A program made the position numbers and the translations under genes. This document shows, one piece after another, positions 35,033-46,460 of a DNA stretch of 64,000 bases. The notes beneath the pieces were generated by a model. That model was not told the DNA's origin. It was given only the letters and a program-made list of their open reading frames with translations, and did not search any database. Source of the stretch: Thecamonas trahens ATCC 50062 (taxonomy: Eukaryota > Protista > Apusomonadida); contig NW_013657641.1 in assembly GCF_000142905.1 (NCBI RefSeq), positions 68,907 to 132,906 on the forward strand, in the 5' to 3' direction. Each line of letters opens with the position of its first letter. The first letter of the stretch is position 1.

Positions 35033-38000
35033 CTACTGCGCACCACGGGCGGCCTTGGTCTTGACCTTGGCCTTCAGCTTGCGGTTCTTGCCCTGGAGCG
35101 AGCGGATGACCGTGGCCGACTCGCGGAAGACACCGAGCGTCCGCCTGAGCAGGTCAAAGGTGGCATCGGTCTGCAGCACAAGCTGGGTCCGCTCCGAGAC
35201 GAGCGACTTGAGCACAGTCCGCAGCTCGTCCTCGGACCCACCAGAGAGGATGGCGTTGGCGTCGTCGAGGCCGGCTAGACCGTCGCGGAGAAGCGCCCGC
35301 TGCTCCTGCAGCTGGCGGGCCTGCTCGACAATCGACACGTTTTCGGAGCGAAGGAACGATGCTGACGCTGACATGACGTCGTTGTGAGCGCGAATCTGCT
35401 CCTCGAGCGCTGCCCGCTCAGCGAGCAACGCCTCGTTGTGGGCACGGAGCTGGCCGACAAGCGCCACAAGCTCATCGTGCGGCCGCGCCGCATCGGCGGC
35501 CGGGTCGCTTCCGGCCTCGCCCATCAGCTGCGACTCGAGGCCGCGCAGCCGGTCGGCGATGACGCCCTGCATCTCGCCGATCTGCTCCTCGAGCGCCTCG
35601 CGCTGCTCAACTTCCTTGGCCAACTGATAGCTGAGCCTCGTGTTCTCGGCCTGGATAAGCTCGGCGTGGGCGAGCGCCTTGCCGGCGTCCGAGACAACCG
35701 GCTCGACCCGAGAGGTCAGCGCCTCCTCACGCTGCCTGCTCGCGGCCAGCTCGGCGTGGAGCTCAGCCTTGCTTGCCAGCGCGTCCTGGACTTGCCGGTG
35801 CGCCTCGGACAGCGCGTGGTTCCGCTCGTTGAGTGCTGCGTGGAGCTCAGCCTCGCGGCTCGCCAGCTCGGCTTGGACCTCGATGCACCGCCGCTGTGCC
35901 TCGGTCGCCGACGCAAAGTGGGTGTCGGCCTCGGCCTCGGCGGCACGTGTGGCCTGCGCCTGCGCCACCAGCTTTTCATCGAGCGTGCCCGACGATTCGT
36001 AGACAGCAACCTGCCTCCGACCCGCCGCAGCCACCTCCTCGGCGCGCACCAGCTCGGCGGCGGTAAGCTCGGCCTGCTTGGCGACTGCGGCCTCGCGCGC
36101 TGCGGCCTCGCGCGCCTCCATCTCGGCTTCGCGCGCGCGGGCCCGGGCCACCACGGCCTCGCCCGACGCGGCCGCCGCCGTCTCCGCCAGCTCGCGTTGC
36201 AGCGCCGCCTGCGCCGCTGCCAGCTCGCTCCGCTTCACCGAGCATGCCACCAGCTCGTTGATGGCCTCGGGGCTCGCCCCGTTTGTCTCGACGAGCTTGC
36301 CCAGAGCCTTGTCGGCCCGGCTTTCGATGGCCCGCCCTGCCTCGAGCGTCCGGTCTGACCGCGCCAGCAGGGCCTGTGCCCGAGCGTCCGGAGCTCCCGA
36401 CGCGGCACGAGGCCCGTTTTCGCTCGCTGCGGCGCTCGCCTCGAGCTCCTGGTTGCGCTCGACAACGTAGATGTATCGCTGTCTCAGCGCTGCGAGCTGC
36501 ACCTCGAGCTGGTCGCGCTGCTGCGCCACGTCATCGGCCGATGCCAGCGCGGCGACTCGCTCCTCAAGCTGCGTGTTGCGTGACTGGAGTGCAGCAACCT
36601 TGGCGGTGAGTGGGGTGACGTGAGGCGAGTTGCTCCCGCCACTGCTCCCGCCGTTGAGCAGCGCCTCGCGCTCGGCCTGCAGCTCGGCGACGCGCTCTTC
36701 CAGCGCCGTCACAGTGGCGGCCGAATCAGCCTCCAGCTTGCGGACCTCGTCGCGGAGTTCGGCATTGGCCTCGTGGAGCTCCTGGACGAGGGCGTCCCAG
36801 TGCTGGTCCGATGGCGAGGCCTGCGGCGGGCGGCGCGGCGGCGAGAGCTCGGCAGAGGCAGCCGACTTGCGGGCGGAGCTGCTTGCCGGCTGCGAAGCGT
36901 GCGAGGCTGACGGCGACGGCGTTGCGCCGAGTGCGACCTGCAGCTTCTCGTTCTCCTCGGTCAACGTCTCGATTTGCATCATGAGGAACGAGATGCGCAT
37001 CTCGACAGAGGCGTGGATCATGCGGACCTGTTCGCGGAGCTCATTGTTCTCATCCTCGAGTTCCTCAACGCGGCGGGTGTCTTCTGCGTCGCGGGCGGCG
37101 CCCTCGACCCGCTCCTTGAGTGAGGCGATGGTGACGCGCGACGACTCGAGGAGGGCCTCCACGCGGCGACGGAGCTCGATGTTGTCGTTGCGCATGGCCT
37201 TGAGCTCGGCGCGGAGGCGGTCCTCGGAGAGAGCCTCAATCTGCTCGTTGGTGAGCGCCGAGGCTGTGGGCAAGCTGCCGACCGAGAGTGCGGCCGGATC
37301 CTGCAGGGCAACAAGGGCGGCGATGCGGGCCTCGTAGTCTGCACGGCGGGTGGTGTCGACCTGGGCCTGCGCAAGAAGCGCGGCGCGCTCCGACTTGAGT
37401 GCCTCAATCTCACGCTCGTAGATGGCGGCCTGGACCGGATGGCCAACACCCGACTGCAACGAAGCGAGGGCCTCGGCCGAGGCACGGACGCGGGCCTCGT
37501 AGGCGGCGAGGCGCTCCTCGGCGCGAGTCCGGGTGAGAAGCAGCTCCTGTTCGAGCTCGATAGTCCGCATCTCGAGGCGGAGGAGGGCTTCGCGGCGGTC
37601 GCGGTCGCCGCCCTCAGCAGCCTCGGCCTCCATGGCAGAGAGATCGGCGTCCATCGAGGCGAGACGCGACGAAAGGTCCATCGACTCGTTGCGGAGCTCT
37701 TCGACGCGGACGGCGGCGACAACCTCGTCGTGAGCCTCGTGGAGTTGGGCAAAGAGTGCGGCGCGCGCCTCGAGGCTTGCCTCGAGCTGGGCAATTTCAT
37801 CATGGGCCGACGCCCGAGTAGCGGCCTCAGCCTGGACCTGGCGGACGAGGGCGTCGCGCTCGGCGGTGAGCTCGAGGACTCGATCCTGCAGCGCGAGCGA
37901 GCGCGCCGACTCGGCGACCAGCTGCTGCTGGAGCTCGATGGCGGTGCCCGAGGCGAGGACGCCCGAGGTCGAGCTGCGGGCAGCAGCGTCTGCCGCGTAG

Positions 38001-39568
38001 TGTGTGTTGGCGTCCGAGAGAGCCGAGACCTTGGCGGCGAGCTCATCGGTCTCGGCTTCGTAGCGAGCGACGATCCGGGCGTAGCCGGCAATTTCCTCCT
38101 CGGCGTTGCGAAGCTTTTGGGTGAGAAGGACAGCAGCGGACTCGCGCTTGGCTACGTCCTCCTCAAGGGCGCGGACACGGGCGCGCTCGGCGCGGAGCTT
38201 GTCAGCGACGGCGGCAGCAGTCGAGTCAGCGGCGGCCGACTCGGCGCGCATGGAGGCAACCTGGTCCTCCTTGGCAGCAAGGCTGTCACCATCTGAGCTG
38301 CCGCGGTACCTGGAGCGGCGAGCAGGGAGGTCACCAGCGCGGGCACGGGCGTCGTCGAGCTCGGCCTCGGCGGCCTTGAGCTGCTGCTGGAGGGTGGCGG
38401 CGGCGGCGGTAGCATCGGCACGCTCAGCCTTGGCGGCCGTCTCCTCGGCGCGGGCGGCGGCGAGGGTGACCGAGGCGCGGACGGCGGAGGCTTCCATGTC
38501 GGCGACCTGGCTGCGAAGGGCGGCGATGTCGGCCTCAAAGGCAGTCGCACGAGCATATGCCTCGTTGCGCTCGGCAACGGCCGAGTCGAGGGCGACACGG
38601 AGCGCGTCCGAGCCGTTGGGTGCGGCGGCGAGACGGCCGCGGAGCGACTCGATGCGAGCCTGTGCCGCGCTCAGCTCGGAGGTCAGCGCCATGGCCTCGG
38701 CCAGGGTGGCAGCCAGCTCGCGCTGGTAGACTTCCGCGGCCGATGCGGCGTTGACGTGACGGGCACGGAGGCTGCGGGCCTCGGTAACGTACTCGTGGTG
38801 GGCGGCGCGGACGGCGGCGGTCTCGGCGTCAAGCTCGGCGAGGCGACCCAGCAGCTCACGGGTCTCATGTTGCGAGGCCTGCAACCGGGCACGAAGCTCG
38901 AGAACGGCTTCAGATTGCGGAGCACCGTCGGCGCCGGAAGCTGCGGCGAGGCCGTCGTTGTCGACACGGAGCGAGGCGAGCTCAGCCTCGAGCGCCGAGA
39001 CCCGCGACTGAAGAGCAGCGAGGAGGTCGGCATGTCCTGCACGCTCACGAGCAAGCGCATCACGAGCCTCGAGGGCTTCGGCCTGAGCGTCAGCAAGCGC
39101 GGCATTGTCGCGCGAGACGCGGAGCAGCAGCTCGCGGCGAGCAGTGCTAACCTCGTCGAGCTCGACCAGCAGCTCATCGACCCGAGCCTCCGTCTCCTTG
39201 AACGCCATCAACTGCGTGGTCGAGGTGGCGCGAGTCTCTTCAACCTGTCGTGCCAGATCAGCGTTGAGAGCGCGAGCGTCTTCCAGCGCCGCCTGGAGAT
39301 CATAGATGTCCGCCGAGAAGGTAGTTGAGGCCACCGAGGCACTCTGGGCATGGTTCTTTTGAATGTCAACCAACTGGGCCGAGAGCGCCGCCACCGAAGC
39401 GCCCAGCTGATCATTGTCCACTTCTAGCCGTCGCACCTCATCCCGGGCCTCGTTCACCTCTGCCACCAGCCGATCATTGTCACGGACGAGCGACCTGTTG
39501 GCCGCCTTGAGCCGACCCACCTCATCATCGAGCTCCACCAGCGCTTCGTACTCTACACACAAAGTCAT
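35033..39568 (-). CDS. Very long (about 1500 aa) coiled-coil protein, cytoskeletal/centrosomal-like
   Basis: Uninterrupted ORF with A/E/L/R-rich heptads throughout and no globular domain recognised. The 5' end is uncertain. Confidence 0.8.
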   Translation of the reverse strand: MTLCVEYEALVELDDEVGRLKAANRSLVRDNDRLVAEVNEARDEVRRLEVDNDQLGASVAALSAQLVDIQKNHAQSASVASTTFSADIYDLQAALEDARALNADLARQVEETRATSTTQLMAFKETEARVDELLVELDEVSTARRELLLRVSRDNAALADAQAEALEARDALARERAGHADLLAALQSRVSALEAELASLRVDNDGLAAASGADGAPQSEAVLELRARLQASQHETRELLGRLAELDAETAAVRAAHHEYVTEARSLRARHVNAASAAEVYQRELAATLAEAMALTSELSAAQARIESLRGRLAAAPNGSDALRVALDSAVAERNEAYARATAFEADIAALRSQVADMEASAVRASVTLAAARAEETAAKAERADATAAAATLQQQLKAAEAELDDARARAGDLPARRSRYRGSSDGDSLAAKEDQVASMRAESAAADSTAAAVADKLRAERARVRALEEDVAKRESAAVLLTQKLRNAEEEIAGYARIVARYEAETDELAAKVSALSDANTHYAADAAARSSTSGVLASGTAIELQQQLVAESARSLALQDRVLELTAERDALVRQVQAEAATRASAHDEIAQLEASLEARAALFAQLHEAHDEVVAAVRVEELRNESMDLSSRLASMDADLSAMEAEAAEGGDRDRREALLRLEMRTIELEQELLLTRTRAEERLAAYEARVRASAEALASLQSGVGHPVQAAIYEREIEALKSERAALLAQAQVDTTRRADYEARIAALVALQDPAALSVGSLPTASALTNEQIEALSEDRLRAELKAMRNDNIELRRRVEALLESSRVTIASLKERVEGAARDAEDTRRVEELEDENNELREQVRMIHASVEMRISFLMMQIETLTEENEKLQVALGATPSPSASHASQPASSSARKSAASAELSPPRRPPQASPSDQHWDALVQELHEANAELRDEVRKLEADSAATVTALEERVAELQAEREALLNGGSSGGSNSPHVTPLTAKVAALQSRNTQLEERVAALASADDVAQQRDQLEVQLAALRQRYIYVVERNQELEASAAASENGPRAASGAPDARAQALLARSDRTLEAGRAIESRADKALGKLVETNGASPEAINELVACSVKRSELAAAQAALQRELAETAAAASGEAVVARARAREAEMEAREAAAREAAVAKQAELTAAELVRAEEVAAAGRRQVAVYESSGTLDEKLVAQAQATRAAEAEADTHFASATEAQRRCIEVQAELASREAELHAALNERNHALSEAHRQVQDALASKAELHAELAASRQREEALTSRVEPVVSDAGKALAHAELIQAENTRLSYQLAKEVEQREALEEQIGEMQGVIADRLRGLESQLMGEAGSDPAADAARPHDELVALVGQLRAHNEALLAERAALEEQIRAHNDVMSASASFLRSENVSIVEQARQLQEQRALLRDGLAGLDDANAILSGGSEDELRTVLKSLVSERTQLVLQTDATFDLLRRTLGVFRESATVIRSLQGKNRKLKAKVKTKAARGAQ

Positions 39569-39918
39569 CCCAGCCGCACCCACCCATGAGTGATAACATC
39601 ATTAGCACATACCATAATATTGTGTGGTATTGTGTGGTTCGTGAGGTGAAAATGGTCACAGGGGAGGGGGGGGGATGCCGGTATCGTGACGTGTTGGCGG
39701 GGAAACAGGGCGCGTGGCGAGGGGAGGGGAGGGGAGGGGAGGGGGAGGGGAGGGGAGGGGAGGGGAGGGGAAGGGAGGACGACATACCTGCGCGGGGAAG
39801 GGACACACTGTCTGTAGACATGGTAGACTACAGTGGTGGTTCCTTGGTTGGGGGTGGATGCAGTGGAGTGGTTGCTATGTGGGAGTGGGTGGTTGGGAGT
39901 GGGTGGGTGGGTGGCGGG

Positions 39919-40160
39919 TGGCGAGACAGGGGCGGTTGATCGGGTGGGGGTGGCGAGACAGGGGCGGTTGATCGGGTGGGGGGTGGCGAGACAGGGGCGG
40001 TTGATCGGGTGGGGGTGGTGAGACAGGGGCGGTTGATCGGGTGGGGGTGGTGAGACAGGGGCGGTTGATCGGGTGGGGGTGGTGAGACAGGGGCGGTTGA
40101 TCGGGTGGGGGTGGTGAGACAGGGGCGGTTGATCGGGTGGGGGTGGCGAGACAGGGGTGG
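39919..40160. repeat. Minisatellite, 32-bp unit (gagacaggggcggttgatcgggtgggggtggY), about 7.5 copies
   Basis: Unit starts at 39923, 39955, 39988, 40020, 40052, 40084, 40116 and 40148, with no unique spacers. Confidence 0.95.
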
Positions 40161-40165
40161 GCGCG

Positions 40166-41629
40166 CTACAAGGCTGTTGGCAAATCTGCGGCAGTGTTGG
40201 GCGTAGTGAGCCGCTCGACAACAGCAGTGTCGCCGGCGCGGGTGGCGGCGATGATGGTGGCGGCGGCATGTGGATCGAGACCGATGCGCGAATGGGCAAC
40301 GAGGCGCGTAACGACGGCAAGGTGGCCTCCGCGAGCAGCCCAGCGGAGCGCGTAGTGGCTGTAAGCTGAGGGATCGACGCGGTCGTCGGCGAGGAGCAGT
40401 TCGACAACTGCCAGGTGGCCGCAGCCCGAGGCGGTGGCAATGGCGTGGTTGTCGTTGGCCGAGGGGTCGACCCGTGGATCGGCGAGGAGGGCACGGACAA
40501 CCGCGGCGTGCCCGCGGTGAGCGGCAGCGACCAGCGCCTCGTTGCTGTCGGCGGCGGGATCGACGCGTTCGTCGGCGAGAAGCAGCATGACGACGTCGAG
40601 GTGGCCGTACTTGGAGGCTATCTGGAGGGCGTGGCTGTTGGCGGACGATGGATCAACGCGCGGATGCGCAAGGAGCGAAGCAACGACGTCGGTGTGCCCG
40701 CGAAAGGCGGCGGCGATGAGCGCCTCGTTGTTGTCGGCCGAGGGGTCAATGCGGGTGTCGGCGAGGAGCAGGTCGACGACGGCGCAGTGGCCGTTGCCGG
40801 CGGCAACGCGGATGGCAAAGTCATTGTAGGCCGTCGGATCAACCCGGACGTCGGCTAGCAGCAGCTCGACCATGCGGGTCAGGCCATGGCCGGCCGCCCA
40901 CCGGATGGCGGTGTTGTTGTCGGCGGCAGGATCGGTGCTCGGGTGTGCCAGCAGCAGCCGGAGCATCGGCTCGCAATTGGTCCGGGTCGCGGCACGGAGC
41001 GCGTAGTTGTTCTCCAGCGAGGCATCGACTGCCTCGTCGTCGAGCAGCCACTCCACAAGGGCAAGCATGCCCATCTGGGCACCAATGGCCACCATCAACG
41101 CACGCTCATCGGCATCCAGCCGCGGCGCGAGCTCCATGGCCAGCTCCTCATTGCCATAGGCCGCGGCCATAGCACCGACGCCAACCATACGCTGGCAGCC
41201 TTCCCACACAACCTGTCCAAAGGCGTCGTCCCATCCGATCTCACACGCGGCGCCGCTGGCAGCCATGGCAGCCACCAGCGCGTGCCACGCCGGATCAGTG
41301 GCACAACCGCCGTCAAAGACCTCCATCATCCGCTCGCCATCGGCCCAAAAGCCCGCGCGATCATCCTCATCTAGCCGGCGGACGACATGGCAAGCAGCCC
41401 GCCAGTTCCGCGCCTCCACGCTCACATCCCATCCCGCCAATGCCATGGCCAGCCCGCGACCATATTCGGATCCGAGCAGAGCCCGGTGAAGCGAGCGGCA
41501 GGTCGTTGCCAGCGCCACCACGTCGCCGGACTCGAGCACGTTGGAATGAAAGGCAATGAGATGAACGACTTCGGTGGGAAGCTCCTGAAGGCCAAAGCTC
41601 TGATGCGGCGAGCTCGTGTTGCTTGCCAT
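40166..41629 (-). CDS. F-box-like plus ankyrin repeat protein
   Basis: N-terminal LQELPTEVVHLIA...DVVALATTCRSL (F-box-like), then about eight 34-aa ankyrin repeats DPSAxxNxA[IL]xxAAxxGHxxVVxLLLADxRV. Confidence 0.85.
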   Translation of the reverse strand: MASNTSSPHQSFGLQELPTEVVHLIAFHSNVLESGDVVALATTCRSLHRALLGSEYGRGLAMALAGWDVSVEARNWRAACHVVRRLDEDDRAGFWADGERMMEVFDGGCATDPAWHALVAAMAASGAACEIGWDDAFGQVVWEGCQRMVGVGAMAAAYGNEELAMELAPRLDADERALMVAIGAQMGMLALVEWLLDDEAVDASLENNYALRAATRTNCEPMLRLLLAHPSTDPAADNNTAIRWAAGHGLTRMVELLLADVRVDPTAYNDFAIRVAAGNGHCAVVDLLLADTRIDPSADNNEALIAAAFRGHTDVVASLLAHPRVDPSSANSHALQIASKYGHLDVVMLLLADERVDPAADSNEALVAAAHRGHAAVVRALLADPRVDPSANDNHAIATASGCGHLAVVELLLADDRVDPSAYSHYALRWAARGGHLAVVTRLVAHSRIGLDPHAAATIIAATRAGDTAVVERLTTPNTAADLPTAL

Positions 41630-41809
41630 GCCCAAACAACTCGCCTTGTACAAGGTGGTGGCTCGCGCGCGCGGTTGAGTTGAGTCGTGTCGTGCTGACG
41701 CGTGAGGGTTGGCATCACCGTCAGCCGCAGGACGCAGTCAACTCGACACTCTGTGGACTCTGCCCGGAGACTGGATCGTTGGATCAGAGTTTACTCTGGC
41801 AAGAGGAGC

Positions 41810-43229
<1,420 letters not shown>

Positions 43230-43860
43230 AGTTATTGCGCGTGCAAGAGTGTGGGTGGGTGAGAGGTGAGGCTGTGGCTATGGCTCTGGCTGTGGCTGTG
43301 GCTGCTGTCACTGTCGCTGTCGCTATCTCCGCTGGTCGTCGTCGTCGTCGTCGTCGTTTCGTTGACTGTGGATGGTTTTGTTCCATGGGAGGGAATGGGG
43401 ATGGAGATGGCTCACGATCGGGGATAGCTCACGATGAGGGATGGAATACCGGAGAAGGAGGAAGCGAGGATATCTGTGGGCGTTCATCGCTGCTACTGCG
43501 TGTGCTCTCTGTCGTCCCGTTCTGATCTAAATCAGCCCGAACAACCGCCGCACGCCTCGCGAGTGACGAGTCCTCCGTCCGATCGGGTTCGTCTTGCCCT
43601 TCAAGTCAGCGGTGAGGAGAGCATCACTTGTGATGATGCAAAAGTACGGCGGTGAGCATCGCTTGGCATTGCATTTGCGCTCGCGCGGAGCTTGGATCGG
43701 TCGAGGGCGAAGGGCGGCCGGCCAACAAGCGCTGAGATCGGCAGCAGTGTTGGAAGCGGGTAGAGCGGGTAGAGGCCACAGACTCGACGAGCAAGGACAG
43801 TTGTGGGTAGCAAACATGACGTTGAGGTACCGGTCAGACTGGGTATGGGCAAAGGTGTAC

Positions 43861-44547
43861 ATGGTACTGGTAACGGCTGTGATTCTGGTGAGCTTGGCCT
43901 GTGGCCAGGCGGCGGCAGGCGGCGGACGGCTGGCGGTGCGGACGAGCGATCGGGTGGCGCATGTCGAGGTCGATGTGGTGAGCGTGGCCGAGTTTCGGGA
44001 GTTTGTCCAGTCGACAGGATGGGAGACCGAGGCTGAGGGCTATGGATGGTCACTGGTGGCGCTGCCGCCCTCAGATGACGCCGAGCCGCTCGCAGAAAAT
44101 GCCATCCCGCCTCCGCTCCTCGCTCGCGAGATCGATTGGTGGCAGCTCGCAGGCGTGTCATGGGCAGGTGGACTGGCTGAGGACGGCGACGCGGTGGGTC
44201 ATGTTTCGTTCCATGACGCCGAGGGCTACTGCTCGTGGCGCGATCCGAGCTACGGCCGCGTAGCGTCGGTCGAGGAATGGGAGGCTTTGCCGGAGCTTTA
44301 TCGGACGCTCTCGGCGCCTGCCGCGTACGAATGGCTCGGACCGGACGTGGATGACAGCAGCGGCGCGCCGCAGGCTACTATTGCGCCGTTTGTGGGTGGC
44401 GGCGAAGGCATTGACCTCGATCTAGACCGGCTGGACATCGACGTCTCGGCGGATCGGCTCTCGTTCCGGTGCGCGTACGACATCCCGTACGACATCATGA
44501 CCGAGCTGATGGACGAGGACCTCGACGATTTGCTCGATCTCTACTAA
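43861..44547 (+). CDS. Secreted formylglycine-generating-enzyme-fold (SUMF1/SUMF2-like) protein, shortened
   Basis: Signal peptide, then VSVAEFREFVQSTGWETEAEGYGWS, WW...W, VGHVSFHDAEGYCSW, RVASVEEWE and LSFRCA. Confidence 0.75.
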   Translation: MVLVTAVILVSLACGQAAAGGGRLAVRTSDRVAHVEVDVVSVAEFREFVQSTGWETEAEGYGWSLVALPPSDDAEPLAENAIPPPLLAREIDWWQLAGVSWAGGLAEDGDAVGHVSFHDAEGYCSWRDPSYGRVASVEEWEALPELYRTLSAPAAYEWLGPDVDDSSGAPQATIAPFVGGGEGIDLDLDRLDIDVSADRLSFRCAYDIPYDIMTELMDEDLDDLLDLY

Positions 44548-44921
44548 GGACGGCACCCCACTCGCAGCTGGCCGACTCTATCACCACGCCCGAACCATCC
44601 CGCCGTACCCCTTTGTGGCCACGACACAGCCGGGCGCCACACACATGATCAATCGCCACAGCATATCAAGGCTCTCCCCATTGATGGCAGATAAACATCA
44701 TGCATGCGATGACTATGACGCCCGCATCCGTACCGAAAAAAAGTCTTCCGCCAAGCCAGGTAAGTGATGGCTCAGCCAGGACGGAGGAGCGATCCGGCCT
44801 AGGGCTGATTGCCCGGGGGGAGGGGGACGGCTGAGGGCGGCGGGCGGCTGAGAGGCAAGGTCGAGGCAAGGTCGTGGTGAGGGTATGAGTGAGAGGCTGG
44901 AACACTCGACTTGTGTGGACC

Positions 44922-46099
44922 ATGGCGTCTCAGTTTGGCGTGCGTGCAGGAACGGGGCGTTGCCATCAGTTCTGGAAGGCCTTTGAGGAGTGCATGGACA
45001 CGTACGTGTGTGTGTGGGGGGAGGGGGTGGGGGGGGGGAGGGGGGGGCTGAGAGGGAGAAAAGATCCCACCGCATGGGGGGAAGGGGAAGGGGAAGGAAG
45101 GGAGGGGACGGGAAGAGGGGGAGGGGGAGGGGGGGGGGGGAGGGGAAAGGGGAAGGGGGTGAGTAGACATGGGTTGGGAGGACAGGAAGGGAGNNNNNNN
45201 NNNNNNNNNNNNNNNNNNNNNNNNNNNNNNNNNNNNNNNNNNNNNNNNNNNNNNNNNNNNNNNNNNNNNNNNNNNNNNNNNNNNNNNNNNNNNTTAAAGA
45301 CAAAACGCGCAAACACATACACAGAGATTTATTTTTTTTTGTTTGTTTTCTATTTCCTGTCTCCCACCAATAAGAAACGTAAAAAGATAGATACTATTAC
45401 GTTATAATGAAAAAAAAAAAAAATCATAAAATGTTATTTAACATCAAAAAAATATCTTTTCCATACTACTCCACATGCTTAGCACCTCAAAAGACACAAA
45501 AAAGGCAGTTCTCTACCTCCCCCCCCCCCCCCCCCAGCATCCAATTCACTCCGGCAACCCACTCTTCTATACTTAACCACCACAGTTTTCGTAGCACCCA
45601 AGATGAAAAAGAGAGTTAACGCCATCAAAAATAAGTGGCGGGGGATACTGCATATACTACATACTGTATACTGAAGTATGTCTCCCTCTCCCTCCCTCCC
45701 TCGCCCTTCCTTCCTCCCTCCCTTCCTCCCACACTGCCATCATCCACTCTGTCTTGCTGAGGGTGAGAGTTAAGATGGGGAGTTGGGAGGGAGGGCGGAG
45801 GTGGCCTTCTTCGCAGAGTGTTGTGCTGTGGTGGCTATGATGGAAATGATTCAGGACTGCTGCTGGAGGGCTTGATGGCAGGTGATGGACATGATCAAAC
45901 TCACGGCGATGTGATGCGATGGGATGGGTGCGGGGGATGCGGATGTAGGACGACAACGGGTACCGAGTGCCGTCTTATTCGCGAGGACTACATCGAGTGC
46001 CTCCATCACAAGAAGGAGTTTGCTCGTGCGGCGCAGGTCGAGGCTGCCCGGGAGCTCAAGGCCTCGGGCGGCGGCGATGACCACGGTCACGGCCACTGA
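44922..46099 (+). CDS. NDUFS5: Complex I 15-kDa subunit NDUFS5 (twin CX9C); exons 44922-45001 and 45949-46099
   Basis: Spliced MASQFGVRAGTGRCHQFWKAFEECMDT|TTGTECRLIREDYIECLHHKKEF. Phase-2 AC|GTACGT...GTAG|G junction across the gap. Confidence 0.88.
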
Positions 46100-46460
46100 G
46101 TTCAAGTAAAACATGCTATGATCTCGTTGGTAAACATCTGCGACAGGTCCGTAGAGGAAGCAGATCCCATCCAGAGCTACCCCACCTTTGGCCCACCGTC
46201 TCGCGGCTCCATATCAGCTTTGATCATGCTCAGCCCGATCACAGCCATCTTCCCCCACATCCAGCCGAAAGCCCTCCTCCACCACGACGGCACCCACCCA
46301 CTATCACGTCTCACCCATCCTCAAGCCCATTGCCCCATCGCTTCCACTGATCCATCATGGCAAACAAGCCGGCTGCGCCTCCAGCTTGATCAGCAACTGA
46401 CATGATCGCGATCGCGATCACGATCACCTCACTCTCTCTCTCTCTCCCCCCCCCCCACCC

